From Girardia tigrina (lineage: Eukaryota), in assembly GCA_001938485.1 (NCBI GenBank), contig MQRK01228564.1:1-64000 (forward strand): a DNA stretch of 64,000 bases, read 5' to 3'. Made by a program: the position numbers and the translations under genes. Within the stretch, counting starts at the first letter, position 1. Every line of letters starts with the position of its first letter. This document shows, piece by piece, positions 51,191 to 64,000 of the stretch. The notes under the pieces are model-generated. The model was not told the origin of the DNA, did not search any database, and saw nothing but the letters and a program-made list of their open reading frames with translations.

Positions 51191-51888
51191 AATAATAATA
51201 ATAATTATAATAATAATACAGATAATTTGAAAATGTTTTTTATCTTTAATTCAAAAATTCAAAAATATAAGAGACATCAGAAATCCTTACAGGTTGAAAT
51301 AGAACGGTTTTATCATTTATCGATAAAGAGAATTTGAGGTTTTCTTTAAAGTTACGACTGTTGTAATCCTAAATTTTAAATGATTTTTTTTGAATTATTA
51401 AACGATTTTACGAGTTTGAATTATTGAAACATTTTACAACTTTGAAATTATTATCGAACAATCTTACGATTGAGTTTTGAGCATTTGATTATTTGAGATT
51501 TTATCAAACGCTTTTATGATTGTGGATTAGAACAGTTTTATTATTTGAGATTTTTTGCACTTTTTTACAATTGTGATATTTTGAAAATTTAATTATTTGT
51601 GGATTTATTGTTCGAACTGTTGTTTTGAATTTACATAACAATTTATTTTTCTTTGAACTAATTTTTAAAATTTATATTAAAAAATTTCCTGAATCCGATA
51701 CAAATCTGCTGAATGAATTATTTCAATTAGCAATTAAAGATTTTATTTGATCAGCAAAAATTTACTGTATACAAAACAATTCCGTCACTGCCACTGTACC
51801 ACTACTTCCGTTAGGTCTTCGGGGCAACCTGGAGATCGGGTGAAACCTTAATTAAGACACAAAAACTCCTTAAACATCGAATGGTCAC

Positions 51889-52225
51889 TGTGAGGGATAT
51901 TGGAATGATGTTTGAATTATGTTGAGTGATTGTTGAATGAGTTTTATAGTATGTTTGAGACTGGTTGGTGTTTGAAGCATGGCATCTCTCCCTAGACAAT
52001 TGAAGTCAATTATTGTCGAATTNNNNNNNNNNNNNNNNNAATTGTATAATAAATTAATTGTTATTTAACAATTAATTAAAAATACAATTGTTTTAATCTT
52101 TGCAGATTTTGGCAAATTTTTGAAAAATCAATTGAAGAAACAAGTCATGCCCCAGACGCTGATTACAGATCATTTTAGTCGTAATAAATCTTGTAATACG
52201 ACTTCGTCTGTTAATATCCTTAATA
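51889..52225 (+). mobile_element. Solo LTR, TG...TA family (contains a short gap)
   Basis: TGTGAGGGATATT...TCCTTAATA. TSD GTCAC at 51884-51888 and 52226-52230. Confidence 0.8.
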
Positions 52226-53603
52226 GTCACTGCGGACTAAAAGTAAATTTATTACAAAGAATGATCAACTTCAAAATTAATTATCCATGCTTCCAAGGTA
52301 CGATCTATAAGGCGTTTCTCGAACTGCTTGATAATTTCGAAACTATCAATGGCATATATTATGGACAGTAATTAGTCATTTTTAAGTGAACGACAAACGA
52401 CTAGAATGAGTGAATGGATATGACAAGGATATTTTACATCATGAAAACTTAAAAATAGATGTTAATTGACGAAAGGTTCAGCGTATAGTATTAAATTGAT
52501 TGTGACATGACTATTTTAGCACTATTGATTTACATTCGGCTTACTATCAGGTTCCAAACTGAAGAAAAATATTAAAATAAACAATATTACAGGTGGTGAT
52601 TTAAAAAATTGCACGATCAACATAGATTTCTTTATGTTACACCTTGTACAATCTCGTAGTCATCAGATATTTCGCTCATTTCTTATAACTTGAATATGTA
52701 TAAAACAGGGGATGTTAGTCGAGTTAACATGAAGGCATTTTAAAATATTATTTTGATTATACTTTTTTGCAAAGATATTTCAAAAATTAAATATAGGTAG
52801 ACACACCCGTTATTAAATATAAGCGCCTAATAAACAATCCCGAAAACAATGTTATAAAATGACGATCGGATTGTCAAAATGAATTCTCATAAACATATTT
52901 TAATGTCAATAAAATTTTAAAATATTTAAAACTGATTGCAATCGATTGGTCTCTGATTAAAACTCAACTCTAACAAATCATTCAATACTTTAGATTTTAA
53001 ATATTGTATATCTTTGTCAAAATGAATTATTTACAGTGAAACGCAGTTCATATCATATTATCGATCAAATAAAAAAACATATGAACCGACTGTGAATATT
53101 AATATAAAAGGATTAAACCTTGATTTATATATATTTTTATATATATATTTTTATAAATAAAATATTGTCTATTTAAAATAATATCCAATATTTGTTTCAA
53201 ACGGTGATGCAATTTAATTTTATATAAATTTATCGAAAATTCTTATAGGAAATATTTGAAATTAATGATTTTGTCTTGCGAATTTATTTCTTAAATCAAT
53301 GAATTCGTAATTTGCATTATTAGATTCGAAAATAAGAATTAAAGCTTTAAATTAACTTAATTTTTTTTGTTAATTATATTTTTTTTTGTTTTGGATAAAT
53401 ATGATCATAAAAGAGCGTCTTGGAAAATATTTTATTTTTGCGTAGAAAATAGTTTTTTATGTAATATTTTATCATTTTTTGTTAAACTAGTTAAAATAAA
53501 TACTTTTTATTAAATTCAGTTTTTGATTTATTGATTTTTTAAATAAATTTTTCAATAAAGTATAATTTGAATTTTAACTTTTCTCATTTACATTTAAGTG
53601 TAT

Positions 53604-56600
53604 TGTCGTCTAAATCAGAAAAAAATAAATATGCGTCACAAGTATTTATTTAAATCCAATACTGCATCGGCAAACAACCGATTAAAACAAATGAATTAAT
53701 GATTAATCACAATTAATAACACGCCACCTTGCCTTCAAGGCACACAAGCATACGCTGCTCGAGCAAGGAGGCACTTTGTCGTCAATGAGAATCTGAGTGC
53801 TAGCACAGACAAAGTCGTTGAGTCGAATCGGTTCTTCAACTTTCGGATCTTGCTGATTGTTCGTTTCTGTATTCTCCGCTCCCTCGTCGCTCTCCCATTC
53901 GATCCTCGCCACTCTCGTCGAGTCGGTTGTATTACTTTCCTGATTGCCGATTCCTGTTCGTTTTGTAGATATGGGGGTTGCACGCATCACGTGACTGATG
54001 TGGTATGAAATTCCATTGACTTCGATGTGATTCAGCTAGGGTTCTTTGGTAAGTTGTCCGTGCCCACTTCGTAGTACAGTTGAACGGCGGTGCTGGCTTA
54101 ACAAATACTTCGTCTCTTACTGTCAGATTGTCGTTCTTCAATTCTTTCTGTGGATGAGGTTACATTAACGAGAAATCTTTCAACAGAAGCAATCTCCGTT
54201 TTTGCGCAAACACCGTTGATGATGGAATTATACCCTCCGCGTTTGGTGTTGCGTTGTACCACGCGATAATCTCCCTGACCTGACCGCCACTTCGAGCTAC
54301 CATTCTTTTGATCGTGCGGTGGTTCCATTCTACAATTCCATTTCCGCTCGGTCGGTTCACACATCTGAATTGTGCCTGCACTCCCCATCGATCAAGCAAC
54401 TGTTTAACCTAGCTTCCTTTGAAAGTACTAAAATTATCCAGTAATACCTCTTCTGGAGGTCCAAATTCGAATATAATACTAGATAATGCTTTATAAACCT
54501 CTTCCTCGTTTTCGGACTTAATTTCACGCCATATAATAAATCGTCCTGGACCACAGTCTACTACCGTTAAGAATTTTTTTCCATTCATATGTGTGACATC
54601 TACCGCCAACCGTTGCCACGTCTTCTTGGTGCCGATTTCTCCTTTTACCCAACGAAATGGTGCTGGATCGATTGATGCGCACGGGTCGCATCCTTTCACA
54701 ATTGATTTTATTTGTTCCTCTGATACTTTATTCCCCTACTCTTTTCTTGCCAAGAACATAGTGCGTTTTGTCCCAAGGTGGTGGATTTCGTTCAACTTCT
54801 TTAAGTCGTCATCGATTGCCGATGCTGCGATTGATTCCTTTTTTACTGCTAAGCAATTACTTGGTACACGAGTCAAAACGTCCATCTTATTTTCTTTTGA
54901 TCGAATGAGCTTAATTGATACTGTGATGCCCTCCTCCTGGACTATCTGCTTGAAAAGATTAATTCTACGCTTGATTAATAACTCACTGACGGCCTGAGAT
55001 CGAACAGGTTCTGCTCCGGACAAAGCTGCAGTGTGCCACTTGTATACTGTGGCTGATGCAGTGAATAATTCAAGCTTTCAGAGGCCCCATTTCAACGCTT
55101 CTTTGAAAGCTTGATTCGCAGCTTCAAGCTCTGAAAGATTAATGTGGTTACTGTCACTCTTCGGTCGAAGCCAGCATGCGTCTTCCACAATTTCCTTGCC
55201 GATCTTGACGGCCACCCTTACTGCAATCGAGCTGTTTTGCACCACACTCTCCCTTCATCAGTTTGCGGTACTTCCCAGATTCCTTGAACGGGATCTTCCG
55301 ACTTAATTCTTTCTGCAAGTTGTCGTGCTAGTGCTGCTACCTGCGGTTCCACTTCGGTGTCCCAATCTCCCCCGCTGGCAATTCTTTTTATGAAGCTGCA
55401 CTATGGACGCAACCATCCCCCACTGGGTAGTTATCCAACAGCTGTCCTGTCCACGCGAAAAGATTACGACGAGTCATTTGATGTGGCAGTTGTGGGAGTG
55501 GTCCATCTCGCTGCCATTTGAGCTTTCCGTTTGCTATTTCTTTCAAAGCCAGTCCCCACACTTTGCCTCCGTTTATCGCCATTGGTGGTTTCGCCCCTAA
55601 ACCGAATCGAGTGAGTCCCGACATCAGCTGATTGGTCGTTGTTTTATTCATATCCACTATGATATCGTCGTAATACACGTCCGTCCCTTCCTTCACCGCT
55701 TTGTCTCATGCCAAGACGTGTTCCAATATCCTTCGAATTATTTTTGGCGCGATACTAAGTCCGAAACCTAAACGCGTTAGATAAAACGACTGCCCTTGAT
55801 GTTTTACTACTTGATACTACCACAGTGATTGGTCCACTTTGATATGTAGATAAGTTTGTATCAGATCTACGATTTGCAGATTTCTTCACATCCGTTGCCG
55901 ATTTCGAAGTTTTTCTGCACAAATCAAACTGCCCGCGGTGTGGCTGGAGATTGTTTCATTTAACTCCCGGTAGTCGAGTACCGGCCTGATCTTGTCTTTT
56001 GACACTTGCATCACNCCGCCATTAGTGGCAGTGTTGGTTGTCGAAAACTCTCACTTTCGACTAACCAGCCGTTTTTCTTCCAATCATTTAATTCGGCGTC
56101 GATTTCTTCTTCATGGCACCAGGCTGATGAATAGCTCGCGACACTGTTATGCACTGGAGGTACCTGCCCACCCTTCCAGTGCTATGACACAGACCAACAT
56201 TACCCATTGAATTTTGCTGTGAAATCCTGGTCTGTGATGATTGCTGGTGGTGTCAATGACCCTGCCGGATCCATCATTGCCCCTCTTAACTGTGGCTCGG
56301 TGCGCTCGTCCTGGCTGCCACACTGATTCTGCCTACAGTTCATATTTCTTGAAACTTGTTCTATTCCGAACGCCAGCTACGTCCCGTTGCCATTGACGGT
56401 TACACCGCCCAACATCGCTATAACGTCCATTCCAAGCAGGACACTGACCCCAATCCCGCTGAGGTCCGTTGTCAGAAGCGTCCAACACTGTATTTTCTGC
56501 CACCGTACTTCGATGTTTGCCCACGCTCCTTTTCGTATTTCTCTCGACCCACCCACTGTTTGGATTTTCTCTGAAATTATATTCACGTTGACTGAATTTA

Positions 56601-57635
56601 TTAATCGTTGTTCAATCCTAGTTGTTGAGCAACCTGTGTCCATCAGCGCTCTCACCTCCTCTCTATCGACTAGTATATCATTTATTAGTAGTTGGTCTCT
56701 ACTTTTAGCAGCCACCCCACCTGCGCAATAACGGGAGGCCGCTACTCGTTTCCCGAATATCGGTATCCTAGAGGGCAAGTTGCGCACCGGTGCTCATTAC
56801 TACCACATACAAAACAACCGTTGTCCCGACTATTTGCGGCGCTTTGTGATGACGGTTTCATCCGGCATTGCCGTCTCATGTGACCCGTTTTGCCACATCT
56901 GAAAAATTGATTTGTTCCAGTGGGTTTTGTTCCATTGATCGCTGCTGCTGCTGACTGATCTGACGATCCATTCCTTCCGGTTAAAAATGTGATTTCACCT
57001 GCTGATAAATCTGTCTGATTGACATGGAACAGAGAGCGGGCCACTGTAATTAATTCGTGCAACGTGACTTGAGATTTAGCCGCCTCCGATGCGATATTGC
57101 GGGCTGTATCCGTCGGGAGCCCTGCTAAAAAAGCTTGCTTAATAAAATGTTCTTGAGGATCTTCCCCTTGGCATATGAATGCCGCGAGCATTCGAAGTGC
57201 CGCCACAAACTCGTCAATTGACTAGCCTTGTTGAAGGTTTTGATTTCGGAATTCGTCATAAGCAGATCTTGGGTCCGGTCCGAATGCAACTGATAATGCC
57301 GCCTTGATCGCATCGTAGTTTTCCTGTTCTTGTAATGGTAACCCTGCATATAGCTGGAACGCGCGGCCCTCCAAAAGAAGCGGGATCGCTCCTAATTTGT
57401 CGACTCCACAGATTGAGGCTGATGCTTCAAATTTCCGACACCACCTGCCGAAATCTCCATTTCCATCAAATGTGCGGACTGCGTCTGTAAATTTGATAGT
57501 GCACATGCCGCGATAGCTTGTCGTCTAAATCAGAAAAAATAAATATGCGTCACAAGTATTTATGTAAATCTAACATTGCATCAGCAAACAACCGATTAAA
57601 ACAAATGAATTAATAATTAATCACAATTAATAACA
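53604..57635 (-). mobile_element. Full-length compact Ty3/Gypsy LTR retrotransposon, decayed
   Basis: LTRs 53604-53721 and 57519-57635 (TG...CA; 6 substitutions and 1 indel by eye). TSD TGTAT/TGCAT. gag with two knuckles, protease ALMDTGC, RT YYDD, RNase H HINLSELEA, integrase HHLG...CDPC, LAVDVTH, LLDN, GNGIVE. Confidence 0.95.
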
Positions 57636-57730
57636 TGCATCAAAAAATATTTTATTCTATTATGTTATATTGATTTCAGTTACTGTAAAACTTAGTTTAA
57701 TCGTAATAGTAACATTTTTTAAACGTCATA

Positions 57731-57734
<4 letters not shown>

Positions 57735-57786
<52 letters not shown>

Positions 57787-57836
57787 NNNNNNNNNNNNNN
57801 NNNNNNNNNNNNNNNNNNNNNNNNNNNNNNNNNNNN

Positions 57837-57875
<39 letters not shown>
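57735..57875. repeat. (TA)n microsatellite spanning a gap
   Basis: TA runs on both sides of the N run. Confidence 0.9.
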
Positions 57876-57879
<4 letters not shown>

Positions 57880-58499
57880 TATTCATGAAAGAAATTAATT
57901 AGAATTTACTACCGAGTTACTAACAACTTGAACGTATCCAGAAACGATTGCTGTTATATAAAAAAACTCATAAAGTAAATTAGTTTAAATAATAACCATC
58001 AATTTAATTTAAAATATAAATTTCTGTTAGAGACGAGAACGATTAGATGACATGATATAAATTATTCAGCTTCCCTTATGTTACTTTTTAACTAATGTGG
58101 TTAAGTTGATACTACTTTAAAGCAGGGGGAATATATGTTCATAGGTAAAAAACAGATCGATTCCCGATTTTAAAATAATTTAACTTCATTTGGAAATAGA
58201 GAATTAACATATTAAGTGCAGATAGTACCAGCGGCCTGGCAAAAAGGCGGTCAATTTATTTAGTGTATTAGAAAAAGCTATTGATTCTATTTGTAACATA
58301 TCCAACATTTGGAAACAACATTATTTGTTGATTTTTGTTTTACTGTAATAAAAGACTCAAAAAGTAATTTTAATTTTGTTAAATTACTGCTTATGTTTTG
58401 AATATTTCCCTACAATTTTTTCCTGATGTTATAATACATTCGCTCTTTGATATTACATTAAAGTGGTTGTGAGTTCTTTGGATGGCATCGACGGTATCG

Positions 58500-59260
58500 T
58501 CTGAATAATCAAAACTGACGACGCTACCGCGTCTTCACACAACTTATCAAACACAGACGATACTCCGTAATTAAACGACATAAAGTTTTTAAAATGAAAA
58601 GACATTCCATCGAGACTAATTTTATGACCGTATAAAACAGGTTTGATTGTACATCAATTATTAGCACCAACACTGACATTCTGTCGCAGAAGTTTCTTTG
58701 ATTCATCATGGGAAAGTGAAACGGAAAGCTGGAAAATGAAGTTTCATCTGAAAATGCGCGATTCTGTTGTTTCTTTGAACAAAACATGAGCTTTCAAAGC
58801 GGCTTTATCTAAAACATCATAAAAAGCCATCATTGGATATCTTCTCGTTGCTACTTTAGTACTATATAAGTGCAGTATGGTGTCAATAGTATCAACTCCT
58901 GTTTTGCTTTGATTGTACAATCGAAAAATTTCCGGTTTTCTTTTCCCGCAGACGTCTACACTGGTTGTTTTATGGTAAATTGATAAAACAATTACATTTT
59001 TAGTTTTCATATATTAATAAGAAACTATTAGCACACCTCGACTGTCAGAGAGAAAAGAAGAGTCATAAAAAAATTTTCCTCCAGGTATATGGGTATATTT
59101 TGTCTCTTTGTTGCGACGAGAGTTGTTTTTCCAGCAGATAATGGGCTAAAGACATGCTTCTAAAGAAATTATACGTACATACATTGTATCCTTTCTTCAA
59201 CCGTTTGACCAAATAATCACCCAAACATTCTCCTTGTCTTTCACGTATGTCATATGAACT
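58500..59260 (-). mobile_element. piggyBac transposase 3' remnant
   Basis: GYNVCTYNFFRSMSLA and KPEIFRLYNQSKTGVDTID...TRRYPM...N/KAHVLF. Confidence 0.88.
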
Positions 59261-60599
59261 GGTGATAGAGCGGGCACAGTTGTTTCGTGACTGCGGCGCG
59301 TTGATATTTGGAGGAGGACTGCAGGTCGATGGAAAAAACACAACGGTATCTCACCGGAAGTCGGAACCATTTTACTGACATACATCACTAAATCTCAATT
59401 CGGGTCGCAGTCCATCATTTTTATGATGGTCTCGTCGTCGAGCGGTCTCTCACAGAAAAGATCGGTCCGGCATCTCTGTGAAATCGCGGGACCCAGTGAA
59501 TGGACACGGATCAGTTAAAGGAGCGTGCAAATATCATCCGACAATTCATCATCATTAAAAAATGCGGTCTAAATTTGATCCTGAAACTCTCATAATGGAT
59601 AATTTTATTGTTTAAGCAAGTCTCGGGTTCGCGATATTTCAATAAATTCAGGCTCGGAATATGCTTCACTTTATATACCAATCAATCGCAATCAGTTTAC
59701 CATGTAAATATTTATTATTTGAGAGATATTTTTTGGAATATCAGGGGCTCTATTAAACCTCGATAAGAAATGAAAATCTTTTAGTATGTAATATATGCCG
59801 AAAGATACGAATACATACGGAATTGTTAGAAAAATTCGTTTTTTGATTCATAATGAAAAGAAATCCACAATTCATATTTCAAAAAACTTTTATTCCTTCC
59901 AAAAATAATAATTAAATTCGACAAAGTTTTTTTCACAATATTTTCACCAAACATTGTCTGATTCGTCGCACATAATTTCACAACGACTCATTTTTCTCTT
60001 TCACAAACAAAAGTTTTTTCTTTTTTATTTTACTATATCAACAAACTTCTTTTTTATCAAATTTTCACAATATTCAAACTGACCTATTTTTTTTTCACAA
60101 AATCGTTACCAATTTTTTTCCCCAATGTTAATCACCAACAAACCCTGACATCATAACAAATTCAAATGTACTAATAAAAAGTTATGAACAGAAATTTCCC
60201 TGGTCAATCAAAGCTCGGAAAGAAATTACCACGATGTGGTTTTTAACTCAATAATTTTTTTCATATGTCATTTTGGCAATATTCTTTTAATTTATTTTTT
60301 TTAACTTGTCAAAATTTTTTTACATCGATTTTATTTATTTTTTCAGCATTCTCAAAATTTAAATACACAAAATAGACAAGCGACATAAAAATTTTCCAAC
60401 AGTTTTAGAAAAAATGTTTCCTTAAATAACACAAGAAATAACAATGGAAAATTAGTTTACTCCGAAAAAACTTTTGATTCGAAAAATGAGCTTGATCATT
60501 CATCTGTCGGTTTCCTAGGTTTGTAATTTTAAATACTCGCTTTTCTGAGACGAAGAGTCGCAACACGTGTCGAGAATAATATTTTAAACTGCTTTGTAT

Positions 60600-60975
60600 T
60601 TGCACCAAAACTGAATCTTTGGCTTGAAGATGAGAAATCACAGTTAAACATTTTCATGGCGGTATTTCTACTACTGGATCCATCAAGGCGGATATAATGT
60701 TTCCGTTGGTATTAAATGCCCACAACTGATTGTCACCTTCATAGTGACATAAATAAATTCCATAGTCATTATCAGTTTTTATACAAAATGTCGTTGAATC
60801 GTGGCGAATCAAGCCAAGCGATATAAAGGATATAGATGTTTTCCAAATACCATTTGAAAGATTTACATTTTAATTCTTCTCAAAGTTCCAAATTTTTTGT
60901 TATTTACCCAAAGTTAGTTTACGAACTCCGAATGATGTTTTTTATAATATTTATCTTCGGATTCTGACGAGGCCA
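60600..60975 (-). pseudogene. Polypeptide N-acetylgalactosaminyltransferase (GALNT) C-terminal fragment
   Basis: NFG*ITKNLEL*EELKCKSFKWYLENIY, then after a frameshift GLIRHDSTTFCI...IYLCHYEGDNQLWAF (ricin-type lectin repeat). Stops present, no introns. Confidence 0.85.
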
Positions 60976-60984
60976 TTTATATTT

Positions 60985-61750
60985 CTCTACCTCCTTTTTA
61001 CGATCAAACACGCACCAAGGTATGTAAACATTTACACAGAATTTCGTTTGAAGTCACAGCATGCCAAATACTTAATACCAAAATTATTGTGCTTGTTAGG
61101 CATGAATTGTATATAGCCACGTCGAGTTTTCAGCGGAGGTAACTGTTCCTCGACTGTTAAAAATGGATAAGGAGTGTGGATATGAGAACAGTTGGATAAA
61201 TAATGTCGAACACATCACGGAAAGGGGTGAATTTATTATCTTCCATTTTTTTTGCTTTTTAGAAGAAGTATCATTGAATCTCAAAAATATTAGAATTTCT
61301 TTACATAGATCTCTTTTTTGACTTCAAAATATTTTAAGTCATAAAACATCTCAAAGCCCTTAAAGGTGTATCACTCATTTTACGCGCGGAAGTTTTCACA
61401 TCCAGTATTGCAATAAAAATATTCTTCCACTCGGAAATCTCTGGTTCGCATTCACGATGTGCTACACAGGGGTATTTTTTCAAAGAAGTCGCAGTTGAAA
61501 TTTACTGTTGCAGAAGTTGAAGGTATCGATTCAACACTGCTTTCTTCGCTATCATTTCACTGTCCGAAATTGAAAAATTCGTAATAAGTACTTCTTCATG
61601 ATGAGGTTGTTCAAATTCAGCAGCTTCTTCGTCTTTAGATAGACATGGATCAATGTTCCCCGACTTTCTTAAAGCTGTTTGGTTGGCTTTCCTTCGTGGC
61701 ATCGGTTGATCTATACTTGCAAGACAAAAAATCATTTAGGTTAAGACAAC
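60985..61750 (-). mobile_element. piggyBac transposase 5' remnant
   Basis: LRFND..., then VEEQLPPLKTRRGYIQFMPNKHNNFGIK...YLG (compare VDEQL..F.GR..F.QY.PNKP.KYGIK). Confidence 0.82.
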
Positions 61751-61960
61751 CTAATAGGTTGTCCTAATAGGACTTGAATCGTAAATAATTAAAATCCCAG
61801 AGTTTCACTTCAAGTACAGCGGTATTTCAGTTAGTCATAAATTCAGTCTTATTCATAATTAGGCTACCTCACTTTGTTGCTTTTCAGTACAAATAATAAA
61901 TATATTGGAAAAAATATTTTATGTCATTCTTAACCCACTTAAATTAATGAAAGACATTTA

Positions 61961-63189
61961 TTAGATTGTTGCAAAAGGAATGCAGGTTTTTGATTTTTTG
62001 TATTTACCACCATATTATACGACTAAAAAATGTATGATATTATGTAATGTATAATGTTATGAATTATTCGAAAGCTTAATTTATAGTCTTTCAGATATAT
62101 TTCTCTAAAACTTATTATAATGTTTCTTTTATCCATAATTCCGATTTTATTTGCAGATGCCAAAACGTGATTTTTGCAACATTTACGTCTACGAGTTTAA
62201 GCTAGGGCGTGATGCAGCTCAAACCACTCGAAACATCAACGAAGTTTGGGACAAGAGAAGTGACAACGAATGCACGGTGCAGCGCTAGTATCCAAAGTTT
62301 CGCTCTTGTAATACCAGCCTGGAAAATGAGCCTCATGGCAGCCGCCAATAGACGATTGACAACAACGAATTGAAGGAGCTAGTGGAAGCCAATCCACTCA
62401 CAACTGTTCGAGCACTCGCAGAAGAGCTTAACGTTGTTCCTTCAACCGTCGTTAGGCATTTGAAACAAATTGGAAAGTCGAAAACGCTCGATAAATGGGT
62501 GCCTCACGAATTGAACGAAAGTCAAAAAAATTGTCGTTTTAAGGTGTCTTCCGCTCTTCTTCTACGCAGAAAGAACGACCCCTTTCTCGATCGTTCGGCA
62601 CAATGGTTGGACCGCGATGAGGCTACCTCACCACTTCTCGAAACCGAAACTCCACCAAAGAAGGTTATGGTGACTGTTTGGTACTCTGCAACCGTTCTCA
62701 TCCATCACAGCTTTCTAAATACGGGTGAAACGATCGATGCAGAGAAGTACTGCCAACAAATCGACAAAATGCATCACGAGCTCTGACGTATGTGCCAGAG
62801 ATTGACCAATATAAAGTGGCCAATTCTCCCCCACAACAACACCCGGCCACACATAGTAAAACCGACCCTACAAAAGCTAAACGAATCGGGCTACGCAACT
62901 CTGCCTCATCCACTTTACCCCCCGGACTACCATTCTTTCAAGCCTCTGGACAACTTCCTCCAGGAAATATGCTTCAAAAACCAAGACGACACTAAAGACG
63001 CCTTTAACGCTTTCATCACATCCAGAACTCAGGAGTTCTCCACTAGGAGCATCAAGAAACTTGTTTCTCTTTGGCAAAAATGTATTGATTCTGATGGTTT
63101 TATTTAGATTAATAAATTTTATTCTGTACTGAGTTACATTTGTTTAAAGTTTAAAACTAAAAACATGCATTGCTTTCGCAACAACCTAA
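61961..63189 (+). mobile_element. Full-span mariner element with a disrupted transposase
   Basis: 31-bp TIRs with 4 mismatches, flanked by TA. Transposase 62158-63107 has WVPHEL, KKVMVTVW, HNNTRPH and PDYHSF, with stops and deletions. Confidence 0.95.
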
Positions 63190-64000
63190 TACTTTATTCA
63201 ACATTTATTTTGTTGTACAAAGCAAATGATATGTTTAAGCAATATTATCTTAAAGCATATTTTCCGCATATAATTTCATACGTTTTATGAAACTGTATAA
63301 ATCAAAAATCCATTTTGAAACATTTGAAACGAATAAACAACTAAAACAAATATAATTTAAAAATATTTCATTACATTTATTTATCGCTATATGAATAAAT
63401 ATTTAGAATGAACGATTATTTATATAACTGGTCAAAATGACCAGCTTCACTGTTTAAGGTATAGATTTTTTTCTAACGTTCCAGTGTTAATATTGATTTT
63501 TATAATAATTTTTTTATATGTCAAGTAAAAACTCTTCCTTTTATTTCATTTTCATCGTTATTATGAGAATGATTAATATAAATAAATTTTAGATTCTTTT
63601 ATAATTTTATTTCTCGACTACTTTCACCAAAGATTTTGCTATTTTTATTAGTATAATTGATGAGGATTCTGTAGACGTTCATTGGTAGCACAAAAGTCAG
63701 AGATCTGAGATATCAATAAATATTCCTTTTCCGAGAAGCATTTTTTGTTGTATCTGGGTACATTTTCAAACGTATTATTTTTGTTGGATTTTATGTTGGC
63801 TCATGACCTATTTAAAAATAATTTTTTGTTATTTTTTTATTTGTTTAAAGTCTTGAATTGTAGAAATTTCATTCCGATTTTTCAATAACTTCTAATCATG
63901 AAGTAGTTGTCATTAAGATTAATGAAAATATGGCCTTCTTACAGTTCTTGAGACGACATACATGCAGCGCAATCTTGAAAATTATTATTTTCCTGTATAA

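Noticed and set aside
59270-59560. GC-rich patch with short ORFs
   Set aside because: Weak LINE-like wording only (MEKTQRYLT). Not assignable.

Overview
Very AT-rich eukaryotic (invertebrate-type) genomic DNA with spliceosomal introns and assembly gaps, dominated by decayed and nested transposable elements: hAT, Tc1/mariner, pogo/Tigger, piggyBac, Gypsy-type LTR, Penelope-like, and RTE- and RLE-type non-LTR elements. Three host genes can be built by hand. (1) A complete six-exon CTDNEP1/Dullard (Nem1) phosphatase gene (13140-30834, +). (2) An intronless, divergent MOB-family gene (40869-41672, -). (3) A two-exon stathmin-like gene head-to-head with it (42088-49059, +). There are also pseudogene fragments of beta-tubulin and of a polypeptide GalNAc-transferase. 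The most unusual observations are: (a) an LTR family whose copies run 5'-TG...TA-3' instead of TG...CA, delimited by perfect 5-bp TSDs in four solo LTRs and by a tRNA-Arg PBS in a fifth copy; (b) a 3-kb LTR-type insertion inside a hAT transposase that carries a five-exon spliced cassette, a host-like exon and a Penelope fragment with two inverted minimal hammerhead ribozyme motifs; (c) footprints of transposon-driven inversion and duplication. All calls come from manual reading and no searches were run.
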